Origin: Gemmatimonadales bacterium
GTDB taxonomy: Bacteria > Gemmatimonadota > Gemmatimonadetes > Gemmatimonadales > GWC2-71-9
Reading direction: 5' to 3'
Assembly (NCBI GenBank): GCA_041577295.1
Contig: JBFGJG010000054.1
Location: 1-26,179, forward strand
Length of the DNA: 26,179 bases
The translations under genes and the position numbers were made by a program. Shown one piece after another: positions 24,664 to 26,179 of this stretch (its first letter is position 1; every line of letters begins with the position of its first letter). The notes under the pieces are model-generated. The model searched no databases and was not told where the DNA came from. It saw only the letters and a program-made list of their open reading frames with translations.

Positions 24664-25956
24664 CTACCAGGCGGATACTGACACCTCACCGCGCAGCCCG
24701 AGCACAAGGGCGTTCGAGATGGAGCGATCGGTGTCCGGGTGAATCACCCACTGCAGGTCCGGTTGAATAGCGAAGGCGGACAGCAGCTGCATGCGGTAGG
24801 TGAATTCGAAGACGGTCTCTGCCCGGTGAGGAACGATCCCCTCCGTCATCGAGGTGGCACGAATAAAGCGATCACCATTGCGCGCCATGGCGACGGCCAC
24901 TCCTGCCTCGTCATCCGATCGCCCTGGAATCAGGCCAGAATAGACGGCCCCTGCGCCCAGGTACGTGCCGAACCGATTTACCTCAGCGTCGGCAAGCCCC
25001 ACCCGCGCAAAGACGGTGAGGCCATCGTCACGTCCTCGCTCTCGGTAGACTGTGCGCTCCGCGAGCAGGTACACCCCGTAGCTGAATCCGCTGTCGGCAG
25101 TTGCGAGATGGGCGACCTTCGACGTATAGACCCAGGCACCCAGAGCCACTTTGGCCGTGTAGCGTGCCGCCGTGCCACCCCGGCCAATCTGACGGTTACG
25201 AGTCCGGGCCCCCGGACGGGCCGTGAGCGCTCGTTGCTGACGGGCGCCTGCAAAGACAGCGACTTCGGTGGCTAGGAGCGCTCCGTCCTGGCGATTGAGC
25301 GAAACGTGCACACCGGCCGGATCGGTTGGGTCACCGGGCACGCCGTCCAAGACTGCCGCGGCGATATAAAACTCAGGAACTGGTCGCACCTTGACGCGCA
25401 GACCCAGCGACGTGACGGGAAAGATCGAGGGGCCGTTGTGTCCGCTTTGGGAGTAGTCTGGACCGATCCCGAAGGAGCTGTTCAGAAATAATCCCGCACT
25501 CTGAACGGCATCGAATTCGGTATTGAGATCATAGAGACCGACTAGGAGCGACAGGCGATCCTGCAAGAGGTTCTGCTGTATCCACGCTTCGTACAACCGC
25601 CAACTACTTTCGGCCGCGATGTTGCTCACCCCCTGAGCATCTCCGATATAGGTGCTGGGGTTGGTGCCGCGGTTCGAAATCACATAAATGAGCGCCGAGG
25701 TACCGGCAGAGCCGACGAGGGGGCCTCCGCGGATTCGTAGCCGGACGTCGAGATTGTCGAGGTACACCCCCCGCGCCCTGAGTCCACCTTCGACGGCGGA
25801 GACACCCTCGCCAGTGTAAACGGCTTCGAGGGTAACGGGACGAGGTGGCGGCTCGGCACCTGGGGCCACCTGTGTGAGTCCATCATTAACGATAAGTGCG
25901 GCAAACGCGGCCGTGAACGAAAGCCGCGTCCAACACCGCATGAGCTCAAGGAGCAT
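24664..25956 (-). CDS. OprB-family (carbohydrate-selective) porin
   Basis: GDAQGVSNI, RLYEAWIQQ, GLYDLNTEFD, FLNSSFGIG, GPSIFPVTSLG, ETVFEFTY, IQPDLQWVIHP; terminal Trp. Confidence 0.88.
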   Translation of the reverse strand: MLLELMRCWTRLSFTAAFAALIVNDGLTQVAPGAEPPPRPVTLEAVYTGEGVSAVEGGLRARGVYLDNLDVRLRIRGGPLVGSAGTSALIYVISNRGTNPSTYIGDAQGVSNIAAESSWRLYEAWIQQNLLQDRLSLLVGLYDLNTEFDAVQSAGLFLNSSFGIGPDYSQSGHNGPSIFPVTSLGLRVKVRPVPEFYIAAAVLDGVPGDPTDPAGVHVSLNRQDGALLATEVAVFAGARQQRALTARPGARTRNRQIGRGGTAARYTAKVALGAWVYTSKVAHLATADSGFSYGVYLLAERTVYRERGRDDGLTVFARVGLADAEVNRFGTYLGAGAVYSGLIPGRSDDEAGVAVAMARNGDRFIRATSMTEGIVPHRAETVFEFTYRMQLLSAFAIQPDLQWVIHPDTDRSISNALVLGLRGEVSVSAW

Positions 25957-26142
25957 CGCGATCAGTTTCCTTCGCTGACAGTCAACGGTCCTGCCTATCT
26001 CCTCCTACCTTGGAGACCACGAACGGACATCCCAAAGTCACAAATCGACTTGACGGCCACTTTCCCAGGGGGATGCTTGTGCTCGCATCCTTCTTGACAG
26101 AAGTCGTCTCGGAAGTGTAAGCGAGTGTTCAGGAGCTAAGCC

Positions 26143-26179
26143 ATGTGGGTCTTCATATTTAGCCCTTGCACGCCAGCGA
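26143..26179 (+). CDS. Possible start of a divergent gene (partial, MWVFIFSPCTPA...)
   Basis: AGGAG 7 nt before ATG; TTGACA at 26094-26099; only 12 codons visible. Confidence 0.3.
   Translation, partial: MWVFIFSPCTPA

Noticed and set aside
25957..26142. MntR operator linking the porin to the metal operon
   Set aside because: No TTAG..CTAA-like palindrome seen; only short inverted repeats (AAGTC/GACTT, GGATGC/GCATCC) of unclear meaning

Overview
GC-rich bacterial chromosomal window (gene content and style suggest Gemmatimonadota, which is inference only), densely coding and mostly on the minus strand. In order: tRNA-Gln(CTG, truncated by the window edge), tRNA-Ala(CGC) and RNase Z; an mlaE/mlaF/mlaD lipid ABC operon interrupted by an antisense, C-terminally short mutY; DUF2269- and DUF2203-like genes; patatin, acyl-CoA thioesterase and glutamine-dependent nadE; a membrane-anchored receiver protein; DUF72 and SnoaL genes; a divergent nucleoside hydrolase and a carnitine/3-hydroxyacyl-CoA dehydrogenase; CoA-Nudix, alpha/beta hydrolase, RsbRD-N-like and FabL-like SDR genes; a DAACS symporter, DUF2784 and S9 peptidase; a long helical OmpA-C protein and an OprB-family porin. 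The strongest candidate for a poorly described system is the coupled three-gene operon at 13123-16080. It encodes a DtxR/MntR repressor with Mn-type ligands, a Tat-exported type C two-domain multicopper oxidase and a ZIP transporter with an extra periplasmic domain, behind a clear sigma70 promoter and an MntR-type operator. No integrase, transposase, CRISPR array or rRNA was seen.
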